DNA of 64,000 nt, taken from Pocillopora damicornis. Taxonomy: Eukaryota. The DNA is taken from the NCBI RefSeq assembly GCF_003704095.1, contig NW_020845065.1, positions 62,001 to 126,000 of the forward strand. The letters run 5' to 3'. The notes under the pieces are model-generated. The model ran no database searches. It was not told the origin of the DNA and saw only the letters and a list, made by a program, of their open reading frames with translations. Both the position numbers and the translations under genes were made by a program. Of this stretch, positions 1 to 12,650 are shown one piece after another (positions within the stretch are counted from its first letter, which is position 1; each line of letters starts with the position of its first letter).

Positions 1-637
1 TACCAAACTGGCTCAGAATTTGTATCTAATTTTGGGCATGCAATAGGGACCCGATTGACATAAAGGTATTATTAGAGTCACTGTTGTTAATCGGCTTTCT
101 AAAGGGTCTACAGGAGATAATTATAATTTGCATGGGCATATTCACCCCCTGGAGAAGACTTTTGATTTTTTCACTCCTCCTTCAGCTCGTTTTTTAGTTG
201 TGTAGATGTCTCCCTGACCCATGATTTCTTTGTAATCATTTATAATGAGAAGGCAATGTTTTCTAATGACTGAAAAGTTCATATGTCACGCAATAGCTAT
301 GAAATTTAGGCAAATTTGTATTCCTCTTGATTTACCTTAGTCACTTAGCCGTGCGTGTAGTTTTCTTACCAAAATAATAACTAGGCTAGTGCAGTTATAG
401 ACAATATGGTTCCATTTTCTTCCGTACGAAAACCGTAAGCCTAAAATGAGCAATATCGCACGTTTTCGTGGGGCCCTTGCTTTCAATCCTCATTCACTAA
501 CAGAACCACCAGGTTATACTACTTATTATAAAATGAAAAGGGCAACGGGACTTTCCGAGGTGTCAACCTATACTAGATCCAACCTTCAAATTTAATCGGC
601 CGTTTTTTCATTTCGAACGAAAGAGGAATACCGACTG

Positions 638-647
638 GTCACGTGAT
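638..647. promoter_or_regulatory. E-box / CLEAR-like element GTCACGTGAT
   Basis: Near-palindromic motif in the CpG-rich patch upstream of the BCH gene's probable first exon. Confidence 0.4.
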
Positions 648-3005
648 AAACTGAGTTTTGGCGATCCCCTAGTAAAGGCCCAGTAAAAGGTAAACAAAAT
701 GAAATAAGTGATAGAGACTGTCATCGAGACAAGTAAGGCAGAGTTGGTAAGCAAGTATCTGTCGAGAATTGTCGTCGAGCTTGCAAATCATGGATTGTTT
801 CTGTTGCCTTTTCGAAGGAAGGTGGACAAGCGCGAGTGGAAAAATCCACGAGACACTCACGCGTGCTTTCACGTTTCAGCTTTTGCCTCGTTTTGAGACA
901 GAGGCCAGTGAGAGTGTGGCGCCAAATATTACCCAGAGCTCAAATAGTGCTTTTGATATATTGTCACGTTTTTATGAATATTTTATCATTTACATTATTT
1001 CTCCTATTGAAACGAGGGGTACAATAGAAATGACAACAAATCTTATACCATCATCATAAGACCACAAGAAAAATGGTAGGTTTGTTTATGTTCAATGCTC
1101 GATGTTGTTCGCACCATCGCAACCGTTTCTCTCGTCTCTCGAAGTGAAGTTCGGCAATCTTTCGTTCTGACTCATTAGTCTCTTTCGGAAGAAGTATGAT
1201 TGAGAATAAGGAAATGAACTTGGTACTTTCGGTTTAGAAAAGCTAATATGATTAAGCGTTCTTTCGTACACTACGGACCGACTTTTCCTTCTTTTATTGA
1301 TTTATTCAAATGAAAATAAACGAAATTATGTCCAGTTCTACTGTGGGTTCAGCTAGAGTTGATATTGATGCAAGCTTTGCAAAATACTGCATTGGCTAAT
1401 AGTTGAAGCACAGACATTTCACTGTGCTCTGAAATTTTTAAGTTTTTCTGTATCATGAACCTGTCATTCATGAAAATATAGCCGTTGGTAAAGCATAATA
1501 TACGTTGATCAGGGAAAACATTGGTCTAAATAAGTGACTACTACATAAATAATTATTATGGTGAACGTGAAGTCTGTTCTTTCATTGTTTATATTTAACA
1601 GGCTTTGTTTCATGCGAATCTATGCCTAGTCTTGCTGCAATTCGATAACATTGAAATCGCTGAGATGCATAGTTTCCCATTTTATTGGATTGGATTTCAT
1701 TTTAAAACCAGCTGCACTTAGTTGAGCATATGAAATATCAAATTGCACCCACGCCAAATTTTGATCGTTCGCTAAAGAGAGATAAGCTTACTTTTTGAAC
1801 CTAAAGAAAATGGCAGTTAACGTTTTTTATTTCCTCGGTACATTAGGTGTTTAAGAACTTAAGATTTAAAATATCCCTTTATTAAAAGTTCAGAGACGTT
1901 ATTTTGATGCACAATTGTGTATGTTTCTGTTGTTACTTTGAGCTTTTAAGTTTTTCGTTATGTTAAATTAAATGTTGATTATTTATGATGGATAAAATAT
2001 GCAATTCAGCTTTAAAAGGGCCAATACTAATATTGCTGCCTGATTGATTTTAAATTTGATTGACAATGGAAGGGATTAAAAGGAATTTATTTCAGACAGT
2101 CTTTAAGTCTCTTGTGAATGCGTAACGATTATAATTTTTGAGGGGTAACTCAGCTCATCCAATAAATTTGTGGACACTGGTCCTATCTTTTTTTTCATAA
2201 TAGTTAAACGATGCCATGACCTGTGAATACTGTGTGTTGATCATGTACTTTCTATCTCAGAATATTTGAATTATATTTCCTGAAGGCAACTTTTGATATT
2301 TACATTTTGTCAGTCACAGATCGTTGGTTTTCATTAAAGATATGGGAGCATTGTTCTGGTCCAAATATCTGGAAAAATTTTATTAATTACTTCTGTTATT
2401 CAAAGTAAACACCATTAACTAGGTTGTTGCTTATTTGCAAAAGGGTGAGGCAGACAACTATTAAGTCCCACCGACTTTTTAAGCAAGTCTTTCTTACTTG
2501 GCATAAAAGTGGAAGGCAAGCCCAAAAATTTGAGCAAAATGAAGGTTTAAATTATAAAATCTACTATTCTATTTATATATAGTCTTACAGGCTCAGCTGA
2601 GTGTTACAAAGTACTTTCCATTATAGGGAACTACTTCTAACCACTTCTGCACTTAGACATCTGTTCAAATATTCTTCTCATTATTCTTTGTTCATTTCCT
2701 ATTAAGAGATTCTTTAGTTTTGTATTGAACAACTATTGAAACGAACCTTTGAATAATTGCAGTAACGAATCATATAGGTGAATTAATCATGTATACCTGA
2801 AAACCATTCCAAACTTCAGGAAGAAATTGCTGTTTTTCAAAATACAATGCGAGGAAATCTAATTGTGAGTCTCATGAGCTTTGAGTTTAGTGCTTGTAAC
2901 AATAATAGAAAACTTGTTTGTTTATTTTGTAATCACTTACAGTAACTTTTGTTTTGTTTTGTGTGTTTTTCTGTAACAGTTGTAGTTCTCCATTATAACA
3001 AGGTG

Positions 3006-6000
3006 ATGGATTGCACTGAGGATTCTTGCCATGACAAATCTTTAGAACCATTCTCTTTGGAAGGCAGTGGTCTAGACAATGAAACAGAGCCTATTTGTAA
3101 CCAAAGAACTAGCACTCCTACCAAAAACATGTCCCTTCTTCACAGTGAAGTTTTAGTAACTACAAATGGACAGGTATCAAACCAAGAGGCTGTGTTGTCT
3201 CCTGTTTTAAATTCTGGGTGTCAATCTAACACACAGACTCATGATCAGGATCAAGAGAGTTTTTCACAAGAACAAAGTTTTCACTCCCTCAGAGAATATT
3301 CAACCCAGGAGAATTCAAGAGAAGAGTCCCAGTCACTTTATACCTCGGCATCGTCTAATATAAATGACACAGTAATTGCAGACAGTTTCAGTGCAGAGAA
3401 AGAGAATATTCTGCACCTACCTAAGAAAGAAACTTTACACCAAGTGACCTTTAGTCCTGAAAATCTTAGTAAAACTTCTGCTGAAGACAACTCCTGGGCA
3501 ACTGCCCAGGGCTCATTTCAAGATGATCCTGATGTTGAGGATGTGACTCTGAAACAAGAGCCAAGTTATTTGTCAGAAGAATCATTTGATGAATCTGTGG
3601 ATCATTCTTTTCAGGAGAAGGACATTGTCAAAAGATCTGGTGATTTCATGCAAGATTTAAATGATTCAACATACAAAGAAATTGCATTTGCTTTCATGAA
3701 TGACCAAAATTTGCAATATGAAAAAAATGGTGCCAAGGAAATTGCTGAAGGAACAAATCATGCAGAGGATATGGACTCTCCTGATTTAGAACTTTTGAAT
3801 GAGATCTGTGAGGAGGCCACCAATATGACAATTAAAGAGGCCTTGATATTTTCTTTAAATCCAGGAGTACGAGCTGGATTAAGAGAGGGTAGATTGTCAC
3901 TAAATGAGAGTGAAATATTAGCCCTGGAACAGTACTGTGAAACTTTTATTGATAATTTGATTTCAGAGCTTTTGGATGGACAGTGGTCAGAGAGAATTAA
4001 CAGTGAAATTCATGAGCAGGTGCTTCTTGATAGCAAGGTCTTAGTGGCTAAAAAACTCAGCAATCTTGATTTAGAAACATTGAAATTGAACTGTGATAGA
4101 TTTGTTCGTAGTGTCATCACAGAGTCATTGCATGATGCTAGTTTTGCAATCCACACAAGGGACACTAAACCAACTGAAATTAATGGGGGAGAAAAAATGA
4201 GTTCACTTGATCAAAACACCATCCAAGAACTTCTTCCAATTTTCAAAAAATCTACAGCCATCCAGGATTATATCGGATTTCTTTCAGCAGACATTGTTAA
4301 GTCAGCATTGGCAAAGTTGTCTACTTCAGAATCCATAGCAACCAACAACGATGAGAAAAATGGTCAGTTAACATTGAATAACAATAGCACATCACACATC
4401 AGAACAGGCGCAGAGGAAGCAGGTGATTCTTCTGAATGTGAAGAAGCATTATTTGATGAAAAAACAAAGACTGACTTGAGGAAATCTCAGGGGAAGTATA
4501 CAAACAGTGGAGATCAAGGTGATAAAACAAGAACTGATATTGCACCAATAGGCATTGATGATAATTATGAGCCACACTATGAGGGAGAAAGAGAGGAGCT
4601 TTCAGACAATGAGCAGATTTTTTCTAGCAGTGTAGGTGGTGCTTTAGAGACATCACTGGAGTTTGATCCAGATGGTGGTATGTGGGACGAAGGGGAAATG
4701 TTCACAAACTTGAATTCATTGGATGCAGGTGTGTTCAATTTTTATTGAATAAAGCTATTTTTAAACAAGTTCATACAGCATGTTAGTTTATGCAGGATGC
4801 AAATTAAATAAATGTAAAACATTTGATTTGTGTTTTCCGTTAGTCACAAATTGCAAAATGGACCCATGGGATTTTAATGAGCATTAAGTACCCAGAGGTG
4901 TAAGAAGGGTGATTTTGTTTAAAACTTATAGAAAAAATTATTGCTGCGGATTTTAAAGACTTTTTTAATTAACTGAGAATGGTCTTTATAATTTTGAAAT
5001 AATATGCTACTTCTGCTCTGAGATATTTGAGTTTTTTTATTATGCAAATGAGGAAACTGATGGTATCATAAATAGATGTTGACTAGGGTAGTAAATTACA
5101 AAATCTGCTATATCTTGAGAAATATGTTTACAAGCAATGTTCTCCAAACTTGGCATCACAACTTTACAATAGAAGATACACACCATTTGCACTCCTACTG
5201 AAAAACATGTCACTTCCTCACAGCAAAGTTTAAGTAGTAACAAATGGACAGGTATCAAACTAAGAGGCTGTGTTGTCTCCTGTTTAAAATTCTGTTTTAG
5301 AACCAATAGTATTACCATGATTATATCAGAACATGAACCATCTTGTATCTTTAATGGAGGTCACTCTTTGAGTAAAGTGTAAAAAAAAAGTCATGTTAAT
5401 TTTCAGAGCGAAAACAGAAAATAGTGCTTAAAGAATTATCATTTGATGAGCATGCTGATGTTGCTGGAACAGAAGTGTTGGCACCTGTCTTCCTTGCAAT
5501 TGCAGAGGAGAATGATGATGATAGTGAATTTCAAGGAATGAGAAAGAAAGCCCAGTCAATTGAGAACTTGTGCACTGTCATCAACGAAAATGGTAAATTA
5601 ATTGTTTTTGTTCATTACTGTAAATGCCCCAATCAATAATGATATATTCATTTTTGACTTAGTAAAATGCTAGATCTCAAATTTTAATCTCCAGTAGTCA
5701 GTATGTAATGATTATAATTATGAAATTATTTGAATATATATCCTTTATTAGTATCATTTTGTTGGACATTGTGGTACACGTTTGGGGCTAAAATGGAGAT
5801 TTTACATTTTAGCCACTTGCATGTTGGCATGATTGCTCATACTGTTTTGTTGTCATCTTTTTTCAGTTTTTATTTTTTAAATGCCCTCCATAGGGATAGT
5901 AATAGTAATAGAATTTATGTTCTTGGGCAGGAATATGTTTCAGGCCTTTCTCAAAGTCATTTCAACCCTCGCCAAGTGTCCTGGGCCAAAATGACACTGA

Positions 6001-9000
6001 GTCTGGCCCAAGACATATGTCAGTTAACATAAGTTCTATTGTTTTATTGTTTTTAATTTATTGTGTGTCTGATAAACTACAGAAAAGGGCAATATATACA
6101 GAATTGTCACATAAAACTTTCACATTTTATTAAGAAGCATATATTGAAATGCAGTCAGTTATAAGAAGCTCTGATAAATTAATTTTTTATCATTATTAAT
6201 TGTAGAGAAACATTTTTCAGACAATCAAAGGCAAAGAAGTTATTCAGCTCCAAAGAAAATCACCCATCTTTTCCAAACTGACATCAGAACTGAAGAGGAA
6301 AACAGTGATAATGCTGAAGACAGTGAAACTGAAGTTGAGGAACAAGAGTATGAGGGAGATGAAAGTGAGACTGAAAATGCTGATGAGCAAGATGATGATG
6401 AGACAAGGGTGGAAGAAGGTATTCTTTCAAAAGCTCAGCTAGAAGCTGACTCTTCAGATGAGAACAGGTTCCGTTGGCATACTGTTAGCGTACATGGCAG
6501 GGACAAGATACTTGACTTGAAGCTCCTGGAGCCATACATGAAAGTCATCTCTCATGGAGGTATTTTCATTTATCTAGTGGTATATTTATATTATTATATT
6601 TACAGATTTAGCATAATAATTATGACTTAGATATACACTCTTGATTGAAATGTGTGGTCAAATTGGCTGGGAATAATGGCCAAGCTTGGTCAATAAACAA
6701 TTTACTATATGGGGAAACAATTCAAGGAATATTTTTGAGCTGGTAAGAGAGGCCCAACTTTTCATCTTGGGTAGATGGCAATGTGAGACGAAAATATGAT
6801 TGGACCTGTCTGTGTTTGTTGTTAATTATGTTGTGTTAATGGCTTGGTTTATAAGTGGTTATACTTAATGTCTAGACAGGTTACTTAAGTAGGTGCTGTT
6901 TACTTGAGTCTCAAGGCATCATTTCCACAATCTATTGGTTAGATCAAGTGTGTTTATGTTGCATGGCAGAGATGGCCAGAAAGGGACCATTGAAATTATA
7001 ATTATATACTCTTCTGATTCATGATTATATTTTGCTTTCCACACCTGGTTGGGGTTTTATGGAAACCAGACTACAGGTTACCACAGATGTGCAGCTGAAG
7101 CACGGTCTTGAATTAATATTCTAGGCTTGAAAATCTTGATTTGGGAACCAGGGAATTAATTAAATTGGCTGTAAGTGCACACTGACCTAGTGCACTTACT
7201 GTCTAGCTTTACTGTTCTGATACTCTTCCTATGTGTACTAACTAAATTTTCATTTGCCTTACTTAATTAAAAAAAATAATAAATTAAAAACAAAGCAAAT
7301 GTTTTTTTTTTCTGAAATTTCAGGTTATTTCAGTGATACTAAGTCAACCATTGTTGTGATTGCTGCCTGTTATCTACCTGAGAAGACTATTAAGAACTAT
7401 GATTTTCTAATGGAGCAGCTTTTCTTGTAAGTTCTCTGTCAAAAGACATTAAGAGGATGTTAACAGTCCTTCTTTCTTGCTTATTCCTCTTCCCGTGACT
7501 GACTGATAACTAGTAATTTTTTGCTTGGGGTTGTATTTTTTCCAGTACTGGTAATCCTTTTTCTCACTTCTGTAGTCTTTGCTTATTCCTCTTTCACCCA
7601 CCATGAATAAAGGGGGTTAAGTATCTAAGTCAGCAATTTTGATTGTATAAACCTTGATAAATGGTGTAAGAGGAGGCATCAAAAGTTGACGGTTTTCAGA
7701 ATTTCATTTGGGTCCTGACTCAGAATGTATTCAGAGACTGTTAAAACTGGTACTGACATTGAGGGTAAATAGGTAAAAGTAATAGAAGTCTCTGCTATAA
7801 CACTTTCGTGTTTCTTTTTAATTTCTCCATTTTTTTTCTTGTTTATTACTGTTATTTAGTTATGTCATTAGCACTTTGGAACTTCTGGCAATCCATGAGG
7901 ATTACTATCTGGTGTACTTGAACGGTGGAACAAGACAGCAAAACATGCCATCTGTAACTTGGATGAAAAGATTCTACCAATATATTGAAGGAGGGTAGGA
8001 AACTAGAATTTTTTTCTGGTAATTAGTGGGCAAAAATTCAGGATCAAAAGATATTATTACATCATCTTCATACTTCCAAAGGATGGAAGAAGGCATTACT
8101 CAAACAAACATGTCACAAACTTATTCATATCATTGATACAATTAGGCTCACTAATGGCCCTTGAAATGGTGATCTTAAAATATGACTCTTTTTTTTTATT
8201 CTCAATTTAGCCTGAAAAAGATGAAAGAAATGTTCATTGTGCATCCCAGTTTTCGACTCAAAGCAGTTATTACACTTGCCAAACCACTCATCAAGTAAGA
8301 TACAATTGAAATGATGTGTAATGTATTTTTACTATTGGAGTACATTTATAGTGTGTGTTATAGAAATGGATTTTTAGGGAAAGTTCATTTCACAACACAG
8401 AATAACTGAAGGCAGATACATGGCAGATACATCACATCATGTGTCAAATATGTTACCTACTACTTCTGTAATTTAGAATGTCTGTGAATTGCCTCTTTTT
8501 CTTGCAATTTTTTTCAGTGCCAATTTTTGGAGGAAACTAAGTTTCATAAGCACACTTAGTACTCTTTCAACCCTTGTTCCAGTAGATTACATTTACATCC
8601 CTGATGAAGTGATGAGGTATGTGGCTGCTTTGTCAAGTTCAGAGTAAACAATATGTTAACAGTGAAAACAAGCAATTCATAGTGCAACACCTTGCAACCA
8701 ACAATCAAGCTAGTTGTAGAGGGAGCTGCAACCTTGGACAATCCTCTTTAGATAATTTCCATCAATTTCTGCACATGCATTTGATAGCTAAGTGGTATCA
8801 AATCAGTACAGAGTTGATGATTCAATTGTGCTGTGGTCTGAAAATCTTCATATTCAATTATTTACTGAAATAGATAATGACACAAAAAAGTACTCTGAGT
8901 GAAATTGCCTGTTGAGTCAATCCTTACAGTAATTGTTGTCACTATTCTCAATACTAGAATGGAAAAACTCTTGAACTTTTAATCATCTTTCACTCCCAAA

Positions 9001-9156
9001 CCCAAAGGAAGGAGCACCCTGAATCTCCTCTTTGGCATCTTCCCTATGCATGCCCAGCTTGTTATTAAAATGTTATTCAACTTAATAACTGTCATGGTTT
9101 GATTTTCTCCTTACTTTAGAGTTGACCCAACTTACAGACAAGTGCACAATAGGTGA
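3006..9156 (+). CDS. BCH (BNIP2/caytaxin/PRUNE2-type CRAL-TRIO) domain protein with long acidic N-terminus, ~906 aa, 8 coding exons
   Basis: Exons 3006-4728, 5407-5592, 6206-6559, 7324-7426, 7860-7994, 8211-8294, 8518-8616, 9120-9156, all GT-AG and phase-consistent (2721 nt). C-terminal half reads DLKLLEPYMKVISHGGYF...IVVIAACYLP...YDFLMEQLFFYVISTLELL...YLVYLNGGT...MPSVTWMKRFYQ...FIVHPS...IPDEV, the BCH signature. A 5' UTR exon probably ends at the donor at 1075/1076. Confidence 0.88.
5189..5294 (+). repeat. Intronic diverged copy of coding segment 3112-3216
   Basis: Direct alignment visible (acaaatggacaggtatcaaac-aagaggctgtgttgtctcctgttt). Confidence 0.9.
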
Positions 9157-12100
9157 AAGCATTCAACTCTTGGGAAATTACTCTGGGATTTATTAAATGA
9201 AAGGATTTTTGAGACATAAATACATTTAGTTAGTGTACTAACCTTGTAATAAAATTATGACATACCTTCACTTAGCTTAACTAATTGTTGGTGAATCTGA
9301 TATTAAGATTCTTATTCTTATTCTGAAGCTTCTTGTTAGCTTACTGAGGCAGGTCAACCTACCATTGTTTAATTAACCCTTTAAATCCCAAGATCTGATC
9401 ATCAATTTTCCCCTTTAGCTCCTTCATGATAACTGAATTTGAATTTTTTTCATTACCTGTTTGTTGGATAATGTGTGGAAATTAAAACAGGAAATTACAT
9501 CTTAATCACTTATGGGAGGTAATGGGTTAAGTGACTGAATTTTGATATAAGAGGCAAATACAGATGGCTTTCTTTATACTCCTTATCATTTGTTAGTATG
9601 AGCCTTGTTTGTACTTTTGTTTGCAAAAAGGTTCAGTTGTGCAGTGTTAGCAACACAAGCTATACTAGAATAGTGGTTGTCATATTCTGTGTATCCCAGT
9701 GGCTAAAAGCTATTATACTGGAACCTAATTTATTTTTTAATTTTGCCAAATATTTCTTTAGCACATTACTGGCAAAAATAATGATCAATCCATTGGAAGT
9801 TACATTTAGTTATTAAAACCTTATTTATATTTTTAATATATTTTAAATCACCTTTACTGGTAGTTTTCTATGTTTATTTGCATGGAAAAATACAAGTTGG
9901 TTAAAGTAGGGTTTTTATGCCTGCCTACACACAAAACCTAGGACTGTAAAAGGGAGTTTTTCTGATCCACTTCTATATAAAAGGTCCAATACAATCAAGA
10001 TGAGAAATTGTGAATGGTTTTGAAAAAAAAAATGAAAAAATTTTATCTGATTTGTACATCTTGGTTTCAGAAATTGGAGAAAATATTTTTGATTACTTCA
10101 CAGTAGAGGGTTTTCTTTACTACTGGGGCTTGTGTACATTTACAACTGTAACATAAATCAGATAGTCTGAGAAATAATGCAGGAGTTAACGTAGTGCATT
10201 TTGAGGCAGATGTATTAGCACAGAAAGTGTTCTCAGTACAAATGTTCAATATTTCTGCCATGGAATCAGAGTAAAATAGATATGCTGTACAAGCAGTTTC
10301 TGTGTAACTGACAGTTACAGTTAATGTAGCAGTTATTAAGATCAGAAAAAATTTCTTTTCAGTTACATTTGAGAAAACATGTTTAACCCATTGTAAAATT
10401 TTTTTCTTGCTACAAGTGTGGGCTAGCTCATTGTTGAATCTGTACTTGATTTTTTATTACAACACCGGAAATAATTTTTGCAGTTAGGTATCAGCTACTG
10501 AAGGTGTTTTTGGTCACTGTAGATCTTGTTGTGGTTGCTGTGCCAAACTTTATATTTGGGTTTGTTCTTTTGAGAAACATGAAATATTCAATCACAACTT
10601 TGATATATTATGGTGGAGTTTTTGTAACATATGTATCTCATTTTAGTTTGTAATTTGCACTAATATTAATGTTTGTCGTTGAGAATAATTTACTCAGCAC
10701 CTGGACATATACGTATAATTGTTCAATCCTGTGCATCACTAACAGTAGTGTTATAACCCTTAAAAATACTTCAGCTGTAAGAATGCAGCAAAATTTTTGT
10801 TGGTCACTTTAAATTTATTGATTACTAGTACAAAGTCAAAAAATCTGGACTGCTTCTTTATGTCTGAGAGTGGGGATTTTCCACAATCAATAAAGTTACC
10901 TAAACTAAGAAAATGTGTGGAAAATCTGTTTTTCTTGAAACTGAAATAAATTTACATTTCATTGTTAATTTCAATTACAATGATAAACAAAATGCCCTTT
11001 TCATTTAATTAGTACCTAAAATATTCCAGTTTTTTAAATTCATTTGATGCATGCATGCTCAGTTAAAAACAATAAATGAAAACAAGAAAGGCTTTGGAGA
11101 ATACCACAGGTACACACATGGGAAGATAGCTCAACTGTGATTGAAAGATACAAGACTCAGTGATCCTTTACTACTCTTACCTTTACTCAAACTGAGGTAT
11201 GATTAGCTGAGCTGTTGAATTTTAACAAAATCATTCTATGACCTTTGTTTTTTTTTCTGAATTGTTTTTCTTCTGATGCTTCTTTCACCCTACTTGTCAT
11301 CAGTAGTGACACCTCTTAATCGGGTGTTGTACAACTGCACCCAAATAAAAATTATCATGGCAAAGTGGTGCAAAAGATAAGACTCACAAAATAACCCAGA
11401 AAAAAAAAAGAAAGAACTGGCTCAAGTTCAGGAACATGCAAAGAAGGCATGATTCTTTTTTATTTTCATTGCAACTTGTTGGTTTGAAAGATGGCAGGAG
11501 TGTTCTGGATAAATCATGAGAACATAATCATGCAAAACCACTACAATCCTAGTTTACTTTTAACATTTGTTTAACAAAAAATGCTCTTATTGGACTTTTT
11601 CAGCTCTATCTTTAGATACTATAGTACTGCTTATGCAGACAGATTGGGCAACTTTAGTTTTAAGTGTCCCAATTTGAACAACCCTCCATGTATAGTGTAC
11701 ATTTGTGAATATCATTTTCATCATACATAATTTGCTGACTGCCCCCAGTATTAAATCAAGACTTGGCCTTGAAGACAGGCATTTACATCTAGCAGTTTAA
11801 TTCAACAAAGATAGCGTCACCAAGGTTTTTTTCTTAAACAATTGTATTAGTTTCACACCATAAGTCTAAACAGAGAAGCCAGGCTGGCCAACCTATTTCA
11901 CAAATCCAGTTGTAACTCTTAATTAACTCATCAAATCTGTCAGTCTAAAACTTGTGAACCCTATTCTTGGATAACTTTTTCTTGAAAATATGGAGAAACA
12001 CTTGATTGGGAAAAAAAAACAAAAACAAAAAAAAGCTCACCTAAATTAAGCAGTCTGATAAGACAGTTCTGACCAAATGGTGAGTGCCCATTGACAGCTA

Positions 12101-12242
12101 TAAATCTTAAACACCAGGGTAGCAATCTTGACTTTAAATTGTTTTAATATAATGTTAGGGGACATCAGTGTTTGCAAAAGTGCTCCATCTTTGAGACCCA
12201 AGATTTGTCTAGGACCCCAGAAACACTTGCAGCATTACAGAC

Positions 12243-12494
12243 CTAGGCTCAGTTGTTCGAAGGCTGATTAGTGCTAACCCATGGATAAAATATAAACTGA
12301 GTTTCTTTTTTTCCTATGTTCAAAAGCCTATGTGGGATAATTTTTTACTTAAGTATTCTTTGTGGGGCATCCAATCACCAAATTGTAACCAAAAAAAAAT
12401 TATACTGAATTTCATTTTAAAGCTTTCAGATCTGAAAACAAACTTCATAATAACCCTGGATTATATTAACCCAGCTTTGAACAACTCGGCCCTA
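12243..12494. mobile_element. MITE with aggc-cagttgttc TIRs (related copy ~35483-35705)
   Basis: ctaggctcagttgttcgaag ... ctttgaacaactcggccctag inverted termini. Confidence 0.7.
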
Positions 12495-12650
12495 GATTAT
12501 AATCTCTCCTGTTACCAATACTACCCTATGTAACTCTAAGCTACCTACAACTGTAACAACCTGTACATGAAAATAAAATTATTTCATTCTATGTATCATT
12601 ATCAACAACAGTTAAGTCATTTTAATTAGAAAAATAGAACATTTGTTATT

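Noticed and set aside
1073-1075. ATG at the end of the probable first exon as BCH gene start
   Set aside because: Splicing to 2980 gives ATG-TTG-TAG, at most a minimal uORF; ATG 3006 is preferred.
8310-8410. Intronic C/D snoRNA candidate
   Set aside because: Imperfect C box, no terminal stem and no recognisable guide sequence.
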